Assembly (NCBI GenBank): GCA_963693365.1
Contig: CAVNZM010000002.1
Coordinates: forward strand, 17,083,615-17,147,614
DNA: 64,000 bases
Source of the DNA: Amoebidium appalachense
Taxonomy: Eukaryota; Protista; Ichthyosporea
Direction: 5' to 3'
Below the pieces are notes generated by a model. The model did not search any database. It had not been told where the DNA came from and saw only the letters and a program-made list of their open reading frames with translations. Numbering within the stretch: position 1 is the stretch's first letter; every line of letters starts with the position of its first letter. Below, piece after piece: positions 61,614 through 64,000 of this stretch. The position numbers were made by a program, and so were the translations under genes.

Positions 61614-64000
<2,387 letters not shown>

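Overview
Intron-rich eukaryotic genomic DNA, full of (CA/GT)n, (CT/GA)n and poly-C/poly-G tracts. Most ORF-track entries are repeat artefacts. Gene content, CTRAC branch points and CCAAT-rich promoters suggest an opisthokont such as a unicellular holozoan; this is inference only. Seven genes were reconstructed by reading splice sites and phases by hand: (1) 3' part of a multi-LIM protein; (2) 12-exon NADP-isocitrate dehydrogenase; (3) secreted proteinase-K-type subtilase with a Thr/Pro tail; (4) intronless degenerate RING + TRAF/Sina-type Zn-finger protein; (5) C2H2 Zn-finger protein; (6) 15-exon protein with endocytic motifs and a C-terminal SYLF/Ysc84 domain; (7) 3' part of an RGG-CCCH protein. 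Mobile elements include two derivatives of one Tc1/mariner-type element with swapped internal cassettes, a young structured 180-bp element with 9-bp TSDs (two copies plus an empty site), a tRNA-derived SINE, an internally deleted LTR retrotransposon, several MITEs and a foldback element. The most notable observations are an atypical, apparently repeat-derived intron inside the SYLF domain, the 180-bp element, the cassette swap, and C-tracts or microsatellites placed directly at splice sites.
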